Below, piece after piece: positions 9,803 to 18,343 of a stretch of 64,000 bases of DNA (position 1 is the stretch's first letter; each line of letters starts with the position of its first letter). The notes under the pieces were generated by a model, which did no database searches, was not told the origin of the DNA, and saw only the letters and a program-made list of their open reading frames with translations. The stretch is from the NCBI GenBank assembly GCA_041690595.1, contig JAWLHB010000004.1:62001-126000 (forward strand). The letters are read 5' to 3'. The translations under genes were made by a program, and so were the position numbers. This DNA comes from Lentisphaeria bacterium (GTDB taxonomy: Bacteria > Verrucomicrobiota > Lentisphaeria > JABSQK01 > JAWLHB01).

Positions 9803-10248
9803 GCAACCTCGCAACGCCTATCGGAGGCCCACTCGGCCTCTGCCGCACCATGCGCGATGTCATTACGGCACTGGTCGACAGCTCTCGCGAGCTTACCGCT
9901 GCCCTCATGCACCGACAGGTCGACGCCTGCTGGGCGCTCATGGCCCAACAGGAAAAACTTTCCGCCGAGTTCCACCAGCACATGCAGATGTGGCAGAGTC
10001 TTTTTGCCAATCATCCCGCCGCCGAACAGGGCGAGGTGGTGCGGGAGCGTTCCCACCTCCGCGAGAGCATCCACGAGCTGCAGCATCTTGCCCGCACCAA
10101 TGCCGCCCTCTCACGCGGCTTCTCCGGCGCCATCCGACGGGCGCTCGAGGGCCTTGGCGCCGCGCCGGCGCGACGCGGCAGTGTCTACAATCGCCTTGGC
10201 CGAGTTCCCTCCGGCAAGACTTCTGTTCTGGTCAGGCAGGTGGGTTGA
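9799..10248 (+). CDS. flgN: FlgN-like export chaperone
   Basis: Helical, RTNAAL and VYNRLG; between flgJ and flgK. Confidence 0.65.
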   Translation: MSNLATPIGGPLGLCRTMRDVITALVDSSRELTAALMHRQVDACWALMAQQEKLSAEFHQHMQMWQSLFANHPAAEQGEVVRERSHLRESIHELQHLARTNAALSRGFSGAIRRALEGLGAAPARRGSVYNRLGRVPSGKTSVLVRQVG

Positions 10249-10251
10249 GCC

Positions 10252-11628
10252 ATGGCCGGCCTCCTCAGCGCACTCGAGATCGGACGCCGAGCCCTGCTCA
10301 CCACCCAGCAGCAGCTCGCCGTCAACGGCCAGAACATTGCCAACGCCGATCGCGTCGGCTATCGGCGGCGCGAGGCGGTCACCCAGTCGACCTTGCCCAT
10401 CGACACCCCGACCATGGAGCTTGGCACGGGTGTTCAGGTTGTCAACGTCATCCGGGCCATCGATCAGTCCCTCGAATCCAGCTTGAGGCAATCTACCCAG
10501 TCCACCCAATACCACCAGACGATGACCGACGTCCTCAGCCAACTCGAGAACCGCCTCGCCCCTGGTGGCAATGCGGCCCTCGACGAGGCCATGGTCCAGT
10601 TCGAAAACGACCTCCAGCGCCTCACCGCGTCCCCGGAAACCCGGGAACTGCGCCTCGCCTTTCTCAACTCCGCCCGTTCCCTGGCTTCCCAGATTCACCA
10701 GGATGCCGCCGGCACCCGCGACCTCCGCGACTCCATCGTCGATGCCAATGGCCGCGGCACGCTGCCCGACACCATCTCGCAGATCAACACCCTCTCCGGT
10801 CAGATTGCCGCCCTCAACGGTCGCATCGTCGCCACCGAACAGAGCCGCTTTCGCCCGCAACAGGCCAACGAGTTGCGCGATCAGCGCGATGAGCTGCTCG
10901 GCAATCTCGCCACCCTCACCAACTTCACGGTTTCTGAGCAGCCCGATGGCTCCCTCACCCTCCGCATCGGCACCGAGTCCCTCGTCAATGCCGATGCCTC
11001 ACGCAAGCTCGCGCTGGATCTTTCCGGTACTGCCCCCGTTGTCGCCTTTTCCGACAATGGGGCACCCGCCGCCATCGATGCCGGCCAGACAGGCGCCATG
11101 CTCGGAGCGTGGCAGTACCTCGCCGACCATGAAGTCGAACTCGATGTCTTTGCGCAGACCCTTGCCACTGAAACCAACGCCCTCCTCGCCGCCGGTTTCG
11201 ATCTCGACGGCAATGCCGGGGCGGAACTTTTTTCCGGGTCGGGAGCGGCAGATATTGCTGTCGCTCTCAACGACACACGCAGGCTGGGCCTCAGCGACGC
11301 CGCCGGGAGTTCCGGAAACGGCAAACAGGCCGCCGCCCTGCTCGACCATCTTGCTTCGCCGCTTGCCACGCTCGGGAACCACTCGCTCAGCGAGTACCCC
11401 AATGCGTGGATCGGGCAGCTCGCCGGTGATGTTGCCACCAGCAACCGCGCCGCCACACTGGCCGCCGCGACCGAAGCAATGTACACCGAAGCTGTCGCCT
11501 CGAAGAGCGGTGTCTCGCTCGACGAGGAGATGGTTCACATGCTGCAGCTGCAGCGCACGTACCAGGCATCCGCCAAGTTCGTCGCTGCCGTCGATGAAAT
11601 GCTGCAGCAGGCACTCGCCATGCTCTAA
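10252..11628 (+). CDS. flgK: Hook-associated protein FlgK
   Basis: GQNIANA..GYRR, LRDQRD, SGVSLDEEM..QRTYQASAK. Confidence 0.93.
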   Translation: MAGLLSALEIGRRALLTTQQQLAVNGQNIANADRVGYRRREAVTQSTLPIDTPTMELGTGVQVVNVIRAIDQSLESSLRQSTQSTQYHQTMTDVLSQLENRLAPGGNAALDEAMVQFENDLQRLTASPETRELRLAFLNSARSLASQIHQDAAGTRDLRDSIVDANGRGTLPDTISQINTLSGQIAALNGRIVATEQSRFRPQQANELRDQRDELLGNLATLTNFTVSEQPDGSLTLRIGTESLVNADASRKLALDLSGTAPVVAFSDNGAPAAIDAGQTGAMLGAWQYLADHEVELDVFAQTLATETNALLAAGFDLDGNAGAELFSGSGAADIAVALNDTRRLGLSDAAGSSGNGKQAAALLDHLASPLATLGNHSLSEYPNAWIGQLAGDVATSNRAATLAAATEAMYTEAVASKSGVSLDEEMVHMLQLQRTYQASAKFVAAVDEMLQQALAML

Positions 11629-11649
11629 TCGTCAAGGAGGAAGATTAGT

Positions 11650-11823
11650 ATGGGCACCAAGGACAAACGCAGCAAGAGCGCCCTGCCAGGTAATGGCTGG
11701 GTGCGACAGGCAGCCATCGAGCTGACTGTGCTTGGACGACGCTATCTCGTCGCCATGCGCACCAATGAGGAAGCTCTCGCTTCCACCGGCGACGAAAAGC
11801 GCCGGCAGACCCAGACCTCATAG
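11650..11823 (+). CDS. 57-aa small protein not in the ORF track
   Basis: AAGGAGG RBS 9 nt upstream; MGTKDKRSKSALPGNGWVRQAAIELTVLGRRYLVAMRTNEEALASTGDEKRRQTQTS; fills the gap after flgK. Confidence 0.55.
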   Translation: MGTKDKRSKSALPGNGWVRQAAIELTVLGRRYLVAMRTNEEALASTGDEKRRQTQTS

Positions 11824-11844
11824 CCTAAGCAGGAGCTACCGACG

Positions 11845-12972
11845 ATGACCAGCTTCCCACAATCCATTCATGGCCAGAGAGTGGCCGGCAGTATGGTGCC
11901 GCTATGCGCCACCATCGAGGCCACCCTCGCCCACATGGATCGCGAGGCTGCACTGGTTGTCGACGACGATGGACGGCTCCGCGGCCTCGTGACCGACGGT
12001 GATTTGCGCCGGGCCTTTCTGCGCGGCGCGGAGCTGTCCGCCCCAGTTTGCGACATCATGACCTCACACCCCTTCTCCCTGCCGATGGGGACTCCACCGG
12101 AGCAGATCCGCCGGGAGATGGTCGCCCGCGGCATCCGCCACCTGCCGATCCTGGACAAGGATGACCGACCGGTCGCTCTCCACCTGCTCAAGGACTACCT
12201 CGGCGAACTCGACGCTGCCGGCGCTGTCGTCATGGCCGGCGGTCAGGGGACACGCCTGCGGCCACTCACCCTCGACACCCCCAAGCCTCTCCTGCGCATC
12301 GGCGATCGCCCCATCCTCGATACCATTCTCGAAGGTCTCCGCAACCATGGCGTTCAGGACGTCATGCTCACCGTCAACTATCTGGGCGAGCAGATCAAGC
12401 AGCACGTCGGGGACGGCCAGAGCTATGGAATGCGCATCGGCTACGTGGAAGAAGAGCAGCAGATGGGCACCGCCGGCGCGCTGGCACTCCTCGAACCACG
12501 CCCTGTTGCCGCCTTCATCATCATGAACGGCGACCTCTTCACCGAGCTTGACTATCGCTCCTTCGTCCGCTTTCACCGCACCGATGGTAACGATCTCACC
12601 ATGTGCGTTCGCCGCCACATCTCGCAGATACCCTATGGGGTGGTCACCCTGAGCGCGGAGAACGACCAGGTTTGCAGCCTGGTCGAGAAACCCGAACAAC
12701 AGCACCTGGTCAACGCCGGCATCTACATGGTCGAACCTCACGTTGTCGACCTCGTCCCCAAAGGCGAACCCTTCGATATGGTGCGACTGGTCCATGCCTG
12801 CCTGGCCAACGGGCTGCGCGTGGGCGCCTTCCCCATCCTCGAATATTGGTGCGACATCGGGCAGCACCAGGACATGCAGGCCGCCCGCGCTCACTGGCGC
12901 GAACAGGCCACCCGCGCCGTTAACCTGGCCGCGGCCGACTCCGCCGCCCATACCGTTCTACAAGAGGCTTGA
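11845..12972 (+). CDS. CBS-pair sugar-phosphate nucleotidyltransferase (LegX/PtmE-like)
   Basis: GLVTDGDLRR CBS motif; MAGGQGTRLRPLT..PKPL, NAGIY, YWCDIG. Confidence 0.88.
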   Translation: MTSFPQSIHGQRVAGSMVPLCATIEATLAHMDREAALVVDDDGRLRGLVTDGDLRRAFLRGAELSAPVCDIMTSHPFSLPMGTPPEQIRREMVARGIRHLPILDKDDRPVALHLLKDYLGELDAAGAVVMAGGQGTRLRPLTLDTPKPLLRIGDRPILDTILEGLRNHGVQDVMLTVNYLGEQIKQHVGDGQSYGMRIGYVEEEQQMGTAGALALLEPRPVAAFIIMNGDLFTELDYRSFVRFHRTDGNDLTMCVRRHISQIPYGVVTLSAENDQVCSLVEKPEQQHLVNAGIYMVEPHVVDLVPKGEPFDMVRLVHACLANGLRVGAFPILEYWCDIGQHQDMQAARAHWREQATRAVNLAAADSAAHTVLQEA

Positions 12973-12977
12973 TCGCC

Positions 12978-13889
12978 ATGCGCGTCACCGAACTCTCCAG
13001 CAGCCAGCTCCTCAACAGCCAGCTCCTCGCCAACCGCGAACAGCTCAGCGCCCAGCAACTCCGCATCGCCAGCGGCAACAAGTACACCCGCCGCTCCGAA
13101 GCGCCCGTCGAGACCTCCATTGCCGCCGATCTCAACAGGCGCGACCTCCGCAATGACCAATGGTTGGCAAATGTCGAGGACCTTTCCCTCTGGGAAGTCA
13201 ACACCCAGTTCGGTATCGAGCGTGGCATGAGCAACCTGCATCGCCTGCGTGAACTGACCGTGACGGCAAACAACGGCACCGCCTCCGCCGAACAGCGCTC
13301 CACCATGGCCGCCGAGATCGACGAGATTCTCAAGGATATGGCCGACGTCGCCAATACTCGGGTCGGCGACTCCTACCTCTTCGGCGGCGACCAACTCGGC
13401 CAGCCCCCGATGGCCGTCACCCTCGTCGATGACAGGATCACCGCCATGACCTACCAGGGGGGCGACAGCCAGCGCGAAGCCCGCATCGGCGAAGGGATGA
13501 CCATCGGCTACGGCGCTACCGCCGGCGGCCCAGCTGGCATTTTCGCCGCCAGTGTCGCCGGCGTCGACATCATGCAGACCGCCATCGATCTGCGCGACGC
13601 TCTCCTCGCCGGTGACCAACCTCCCGACACCGTCTTCGACGACCTCGATGACGGCATCTCCACGATGGCCGCCCACCTCGCCCAGAGCGGCCTGCGCCAG
13701 CAGCGTTACGATAGCCTCACCCAGCGCCTTTCCGCCCAGCAGCTCACCGACAGCAACCGCCGCGATGCCCTCGTCAGTACCGACATGTCGGAAGCCGCCG
13801 TCGAGCTGAGCCGCCTTCAGGTCACCTTTCAGGCCAGCCTTCAGATGGCGGCCAGCCTCCAGAAGCTCTCCATCGTCAACTTCATCTGA
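12978..13889 (+). CDS. flgL: Hook-associated protein FlgL
   Basis: MRVT, IASG, ANT...YLFGG, FQASLQ..KLSIVNFI. Confidence 0.88.
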   Translation: MRVTELSSSQLLNSQLLANREQLSAQQLRIASGNKYTRRSEAPVETSIAADLNRRDLRNDQWLANVEDLSLWEVNTQFGIERGMSNLHRLRELTVTANNGTASAEQRSTMAAEIDEILKDMADVANTRVGDSYLFGGDQLGQPPMAVTLVDDRITAMTYQGGDSQREARIGEGMTIGYGATAGGPAGIFAASVAGVDIMQTAIDLRDALLAGDQPPDTVFDDLDDGISTMAAHLAQSGLRQQRYDSLTQRLSAQQLTDSNRRDALVSTDMSEAAVELSRLQVTFQASLQMAASLQKLSIVNFI

Positions 13890-13893
13890 TCGG

Positions 13894-14967
13894 CTACTGC
13901 AGGATGGTGAAGGTGGGCAGGTACTCCTGGAACTCCTTCTTGTCGCTGGCCTTCATGTAGGCTTCCAGAGGCGTGATGGTGTTGCTGGCGAGCAGCTTGC
14001 GCAGACCCGCGTCCATGCTGACCATGCCGGCGGAGGAGCTGTTCTCGATAATGTTGCGGATACTGCTGATGTTGCCTTCGCGAATGGTGTTGGGAAGCGA
14101 CTCGGTGCGCAGCAGAATCTCGTGAACGGCGACCCGACCCTTTTCGTCGGCGGTGCGGCAGAGAAGCTGCGAGATGACGCCCGAGAGACACTCCGCCAGC
14201 ATCGTGCGGATCTGGCTCTGCTCGTCGGCCGGAAAAACATCGATGATGCGGTCGATCGTCTTGGGCGCGTTGTTGGTGTGGAGGGTCCCGAAGACGAGCA
14301 TGCCCATGGAGGCGCAGCCAAGCGCCAGCCGGATCGTCTCCAGCTCGCGCATTTCACCCACGAGGACGATGTCGGGATCGGCACGCATCGCGCCCCGCAG
14401 CGCGTCGCCAAAGGAATCGCTGTGGTCGCCTACCTCGCGGTGAACAATCACGGACTTCTGGTTGCGGTGGACGAACTCGACGGGATCTTCGATGGTGATG
14501 ATGTGCTTGGCGAAATTGGCGTTGATGTAGTCGACCATGGCGGCAAGGGTCGTCGATTTGCCGCTGCCCGTTGGACCGGTGACCAGGATGAGGCCATGAG
14601 TGAGCTGGCAGATGCGCCGGAAAACTTCGGGCATCTTGAGATCTTCCATGGTGAGGATCTTGCTCGGAATCTGGCGGAGGACCGCGGCCATGCCGTGATG
14701 GTTGATCAGGTAGTTCGCGCGGAAACGAGCCAGCCCCGGGATCTCGTACGCAAAGTCAAGGTCGTGACGGACGAGGTAGTGATCCCAGCGCTCCCGAGGG
14801 CAGATCTCGCTGAGCAATCGGCTCATCTCCCGAGGCGTGACCGGCTCGGCTTCCATCTCGCGCAATTCGCCATGGACGCGGATCTTGGGGGGGAGCCCAA
14901 CCATGAGGTGGAGGTCGGAACCCTTGTTCTGAAGCATCGTGCGCAGGTAGTTGTCAATGGCGGCCAT
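13894..14967 (-). CDS. pilT: Type IV pilus retraction ATPase PilT
   Basis: SDLHL, GPTGSGKSTT, TIEDPVE, DPDIVLVGEMR, GTLHT. Confidence 0.92.
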   Translation of the reverse strand: MAAIDNYLRTMLQNKGSDLHLMVGLPPKIRVHGELREMEAEPVTPREMSRLLSEICPRERWDHYLVRHDLDFAYEIPGLARFRANYLINHHGMAAVLRQIPSKILTMEDLKMPEVFRRICQLTHGLILVTGPTGSGKSTTLAAMVDYINANFAKHIITIEDPVEFVHRNQKSVIVHREVGDHSDSFGDALRGAMRADPDIVLVGEMRELETIRLALGCASMGMLVFGTLHTNNAPKTIDRIIDVFPADEQSQIRTMLAECLSGVISQLLCRTADEKGRVAVHEILLRTESLPNTIREGNISSIRNIIENSSSAGMVSMDAGLRKLLASNTITPLEAYMKASDKKEFQEYLPTFTILQ

Positions 14968-16481
14968 CAGCGGAACCATCCTCGTTTGCGTTTGCTGGAT
15001 TCGGACTCGTCAGCATCTTCCGCGACCGGGCTGGCGGCGGCCTTGGCGGCGCCCAGCTTGCCGGAGATGGCGGTATCCTGAATATTGGCTTGGGCGGTGG
15101 CTTCGCTGATCCGGCCCTCCTTGAAGAGGCGGAAAATGGCATCATCCATGGTGCACATGCCCTGCGCCACGCCCGTCTGCATGATCGACCGCAACTGGTG
15201 CATCTTGTTCTCGCGGATGACGTTCGCGACAGCAATCGTGTTGATCAACAACTCCTCGGCCAGGACGACCGTGCCGTCGATGGCGGGAAGCATGCGCTGA
15301 CAGATGACGCCGCGAAGGCTCTCGGCAGTCATCGAACGGATCTGCTGCTGCTGCTCCGGCGGAAAAACGTCCAGAAGGCGGCCGAGCGTGGTGGCGGCAT
15401 CGCGCGTGTGCAGGGTGCCGATGACGAGGTGACCCGTTTCGGCGGCGGTGATGGCCATCTCGATGGTCTCCAGATCGCGCAGCTCGCCGATGATGATGAT
15501 GTCCGGGTCTTCGCGCAGCGCGGCCTTGAGCGCCGAGGCAAAGCTGTCGGTATGCCCGCCAACCTCACGTTGCGTCACGTTGCACTTCTTGGAATACTGG
15601 ATGATCTCCAGCGGATCTTCCACCGTGATGATGTGCTGGCTGCGCTCGACGTTGATGAAGTCGACCAGGGCGGCGAGGGTGGTCGTCTTGCCGCAGCCGA
15701 GGGGGCCGGTGACCAGGATGAGGCCGTTGTGGTGCGCAAGGAGCTTGCGGATGATCTTCGCGTTGCTGAAGCCGAGCTCCTCGAGCGGGCGCACGTGGTC
15801 GGGGATGATGCGGTAGGTGCCCGCGGCCCCCTCCTTATGCATCAGCAGGTTGATCCGGTACCGCTCGTCGGGACCGAGGGCACAGGCAAAATCGAAGTCC
15901 TGCTTGCGGGTAAAGGTGGCCCGCTGTTCGTCGTCGAGGAGAGCGGTGTTGAGCAACACGGCATGCTCGGGATCGAGGGGAGAGTCTGACAGGTAGACCA
16001 CGCGCATGTTCTGCCGAAGAAAAGGACGGGCACCGGCGGAGAGGTGCAGGTCGCTGGCCCCGGCGGCGCGTGCGGCACGCAGCATCCGGGTGATGGCTTC
16101 GGCGGCCTCCGCCAAATCCCGTAGATCGAGTTGGTCGAAGTCAGGCATGTCAGCCGTGGGTGCGGCCTGACGGCGAACCATCACCTGGTGGACGGTGACG
16201 GAGCCGACATCGTCGTCGTCGTCATCATCGACGGGCTTTGTATCCATGGCGAGGATATCGAGCGGGGGCACTTCGCCGCTTTCGCCCTTGCGATAGGCGA
16301 GGTTGACAAGATCCTGGACCACTTGCGCATCGTCGACGAGGTCGTGGTCGATGAGAGCCTGGGCAAAGCTCAGCAGGTCGGCATCCGGGCCGAGGACCCG
16401 GGCGATCTGTCGGCAGGTGGGCCCATCGACAACACCGAGGCGAACGGCTTCATAGCAGAACCATTGCAGATGTGGGGTCAC
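14967..16481 (-). CDS. pilT: PilT/PilU-family ATPase with about 130-aa N-terminal extension
   Basis: GPLGCGKTT, LREDPD, AETGHLVIGTLHT; GTG start overlapping the kinase stop; poly-Asp linker. Confidence 0.88.
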   Translation of the reverse strand: MTPHLQWFCYEAVRLGVVDGPTCRQIARVLGPDADLLSFAQALIDHDLVDDAQVVQDLVNLAYRKGESGEVPPLDILAMDTKPVDDDDDDDVGSVTVHQVMVRRQAAPTADMPDFDQLDLRDLAEAAEAITRMLRAARAAGASDLHLSAGARPFLRQNMRVVYLSDSPLDPEHAVLLNTALLDDEQRATFTRKQDFDFACALGPDERYRINLLMHKEGAAGTYRIIPDHVRPLEELGFSNAKIIRKLLAHHNGLILVTGPLGCGKTTTLAALVDFINVERSQHIITVEDPLEIIQYSKKCNVTQREVGGHTDSFASALKAALREDPDIIIIGELRDLETIEMAITAAETGHLVIGTLHTRDAATTLGRLLDVFPPEQQQQIRSMTAESLRGVICQRMLPAIDGTVVLAEELLINTIAVANVIRENKMHQLRSIMQTGVAQGMCTMDDAIFRLFKEGRISEATAQANIQDTAISGKLGAAKAAASPVAEDADESESSKRKRGWFR

Positions 16482-17509
16482 TCGGGCAACTCCGTAAAGA
16501 GGGTCATGGCGATCGGAGCAGCCTTCTTGGGCAACTCCGGCAGGGAGAGGGTCATGATGCGTTTCGGCCGATAGAGGAAGGCGAACTCCTCGCGCATGTA
16601 GCTTTCGAGGCTCTGGCTGGTGGGGCCATAGCCATCTTTGTAGATGGCATACTCGAGGTCCCGGGCCAGCTCGGCCGTCTTGAGGTAGCGCTGATTGGCA
16701 TCGAGAGCAAGGCACCGCTGGAGGATGGCCTTCAGATCCTCGGCAAGGTCCCCGGGAAGGAGGCTCCAGTCGACCCGCCCTTCGGCAGCTTGCTCGATCA
16801 TGGTCTCGCTCGTCTCGTCGGCGCGCATCTGCTTGCCGGCCAGAAGCTCGAAGAGGAGAGCGCCAAGAGAGTAGAGGTCGCTGCGATGGTCGGCAGGTTC
16901 CCGGCGAGCCTGTTCGGGAGACATGTAGGGAGCCTTGCCAGCAAGGAGGCGGCGCTTGCTGCTGAGAATGTTGCCGGCGACCAGAGCAATGCCGAAGTCG
17001 GTGAGCTTGGGCAGCCCCTCGGTGGTGATGAGGACGTTGCCCGGGCAGACGTCGCGGTGCACGATGTGCATGGGCTTGCCGGCGGGATCGTTGCGGGTGT
17101 GGGCGTAGTTGAGGGCGCGCGCGATCTTGCTGGCAATGAAGATGGCGAGCTGCCGGGGCAGTGGCTTGCGCAGCACCTTGTGGGTGCGCACAAACTCGTG
17201 CAGTGAGAGGCCGTTGACGTACTCCATCACCATGTAATAGCCATCGGGGGTACGCCCCAACTGGTAGATCTGCACGATGTTCTCATGCACCAGATTGGCT
17301 ACCAGTTTGGCCTCCTGGACAAAAAGATCGACAAAGGTGCCGCTGTCCGCCAGGTCGGGAAGGATCGTCTTCAGGGCGACGGTCTTCTGGAAGCCGCTGG
17401 CCCCCTCCTGAATCGCTTCATAGACGGAGCCCATGCCGCCATCCGCTATCTTGCGCAGAATGCGGAAGCGAAACTCGTCGATAACTGCCTGAATTTGCCC
17501 ACTGCTCAT
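16478..17509 (-). CDS. Cytoplasmic Hanks-type Ser/Thr protein kinase
   Basis: GGMGSVY, VALK, HRDVCPGN, TDFG, YMSPEQ, SDLYSLG; no TM segment. Confidence 0.92.
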   Translation of the reverse strand: MSSGQIQAVIDEFRFRILRKIADGGMGSVYEAIQEGASGFQKTVALKTILPDLADSGTFVDLFVQEAKLVANLVHENIVQIYQLGRTPDGYYMVMEYVNGLSLHEFVRTHKVLRKPLPRQLAIFIASKIARALNYAHTRNDPAGKPMHIVHRDVCPGNVLITTEGLPKLTDFGIALVAGNILSSKRRLLAGKAPYMSPEQARREPADHRSDLYSLGALLFELLAGKQMRADETSETMIEQAAEGRVDWSLLPGDLAEDLKAILQRCLALDANQRYLKTAELARDLEYAIYKDGYGPTSQSLESYMREEFAFLYRPKRIMTLSLPELPKKAAPIAMTLFTELPE

Positions 17510-17766
17510 CGTTTCACCCTGGCCTCGGGAATATGGGCTAAAGATAGCGCTTCATCGGGGCGTCGCAAGCGCAAGCCAGGGCTTTTCTTTCTTGCGAGCG
17601 AGGTGTGTGGACGGGGGATTTCGATCCGGAGGCGCGTAGTCAGCACGCAAACGAGTTGTGGACCGTCCCCGACATCGACACGGGAGATACGCATCTCGAT
17701 CATAGGGCGACCGTCCCAAGTACGGGGTGAAACACTATGCAGATGCCCGTCACGACGGCTTTCCAC
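17506..17766 (-). CDS. Possible small hypothetical protein
   Basis: Stop overlaps the kinase start (ATGA); no recognisable motif. Confidence 0.3.
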   Translation of the reverse strand: MESRRDGHLHSVSPRTWDGRPMIEMRISRVDVGDGPQLVCVLTTRLRIEIPRPHTSLARKKSPGLRLRRPDEALSLAHIPEARVKR

Positions 17767-17872
17767 TGAACGATTCGTCTATTCCGCGGCAGGATGGACT
17801 TCTCGGCTCATTGCGGTATACTGCCAGTATTCATCATGCCGGATATGACACATGAACAGGTAAGGAGCGCAG

Positions 17873-18343
17873 ATGAAGCGAATCTTTGTCGGAAGTATTG
17901 CGGTGGGGCTGGTGGTGATGCTGGCCGGTTGTGGCGGGCCGCAGGTACCGTTGGACACGAAGGTCAAAGGCTTGTACCTTGGTATGCCGATCGATGATGC
18001 GCATACCGTCTGCACCCAGCTATTGGAGGGGAATGACTGGGGCATCACGGTCAGCGAGATCGGGGAGGGTGATTCGTCGCTACTGGAAATCGGCGTACCC
18101 GATGCTAAGAACTTTGGCTTCAATGTCCTCGGCGCGCGGACCGGCAGCGGGGGAGTGACCGCTGATGCCAACGGAAAGGGGAACGGCTTCTCATTCTCGG
18201 GCGCCGCGGTCAACCACATATGGCAAGGTGAGTCCATGGATGAAGCCGCATATTGTCACCGGCAACGAGCCCCCTGTCCGCGAGCTTGTACTTCCGTGCC
18301 AACCATGGAACAGTGCGGGGTATCCGCGGAGGAGGATGAGTGA
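17873..18343 (+). CDS. Lipoprotein of unknown function, C-terminus possibly truncated
   Basis: AAGGAG RBS, lipobox LAGC; last about 30 aa look non-native. Confidence 0.6.
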   Translation: MKRIFVGSIAVGLVVMLAGCGGPQVPLDTKVKGLYLGMPIDDAHTVCTQLLEGNDWGITVSEIGEGDSSLLEIGVPDAKNFGFNVLGARTGSGGVTADANGKGNGFSFSGAAVNHIWQGESMDEAAYCHRQRAPCPRACTSVPTMEQCGVSAEEDE

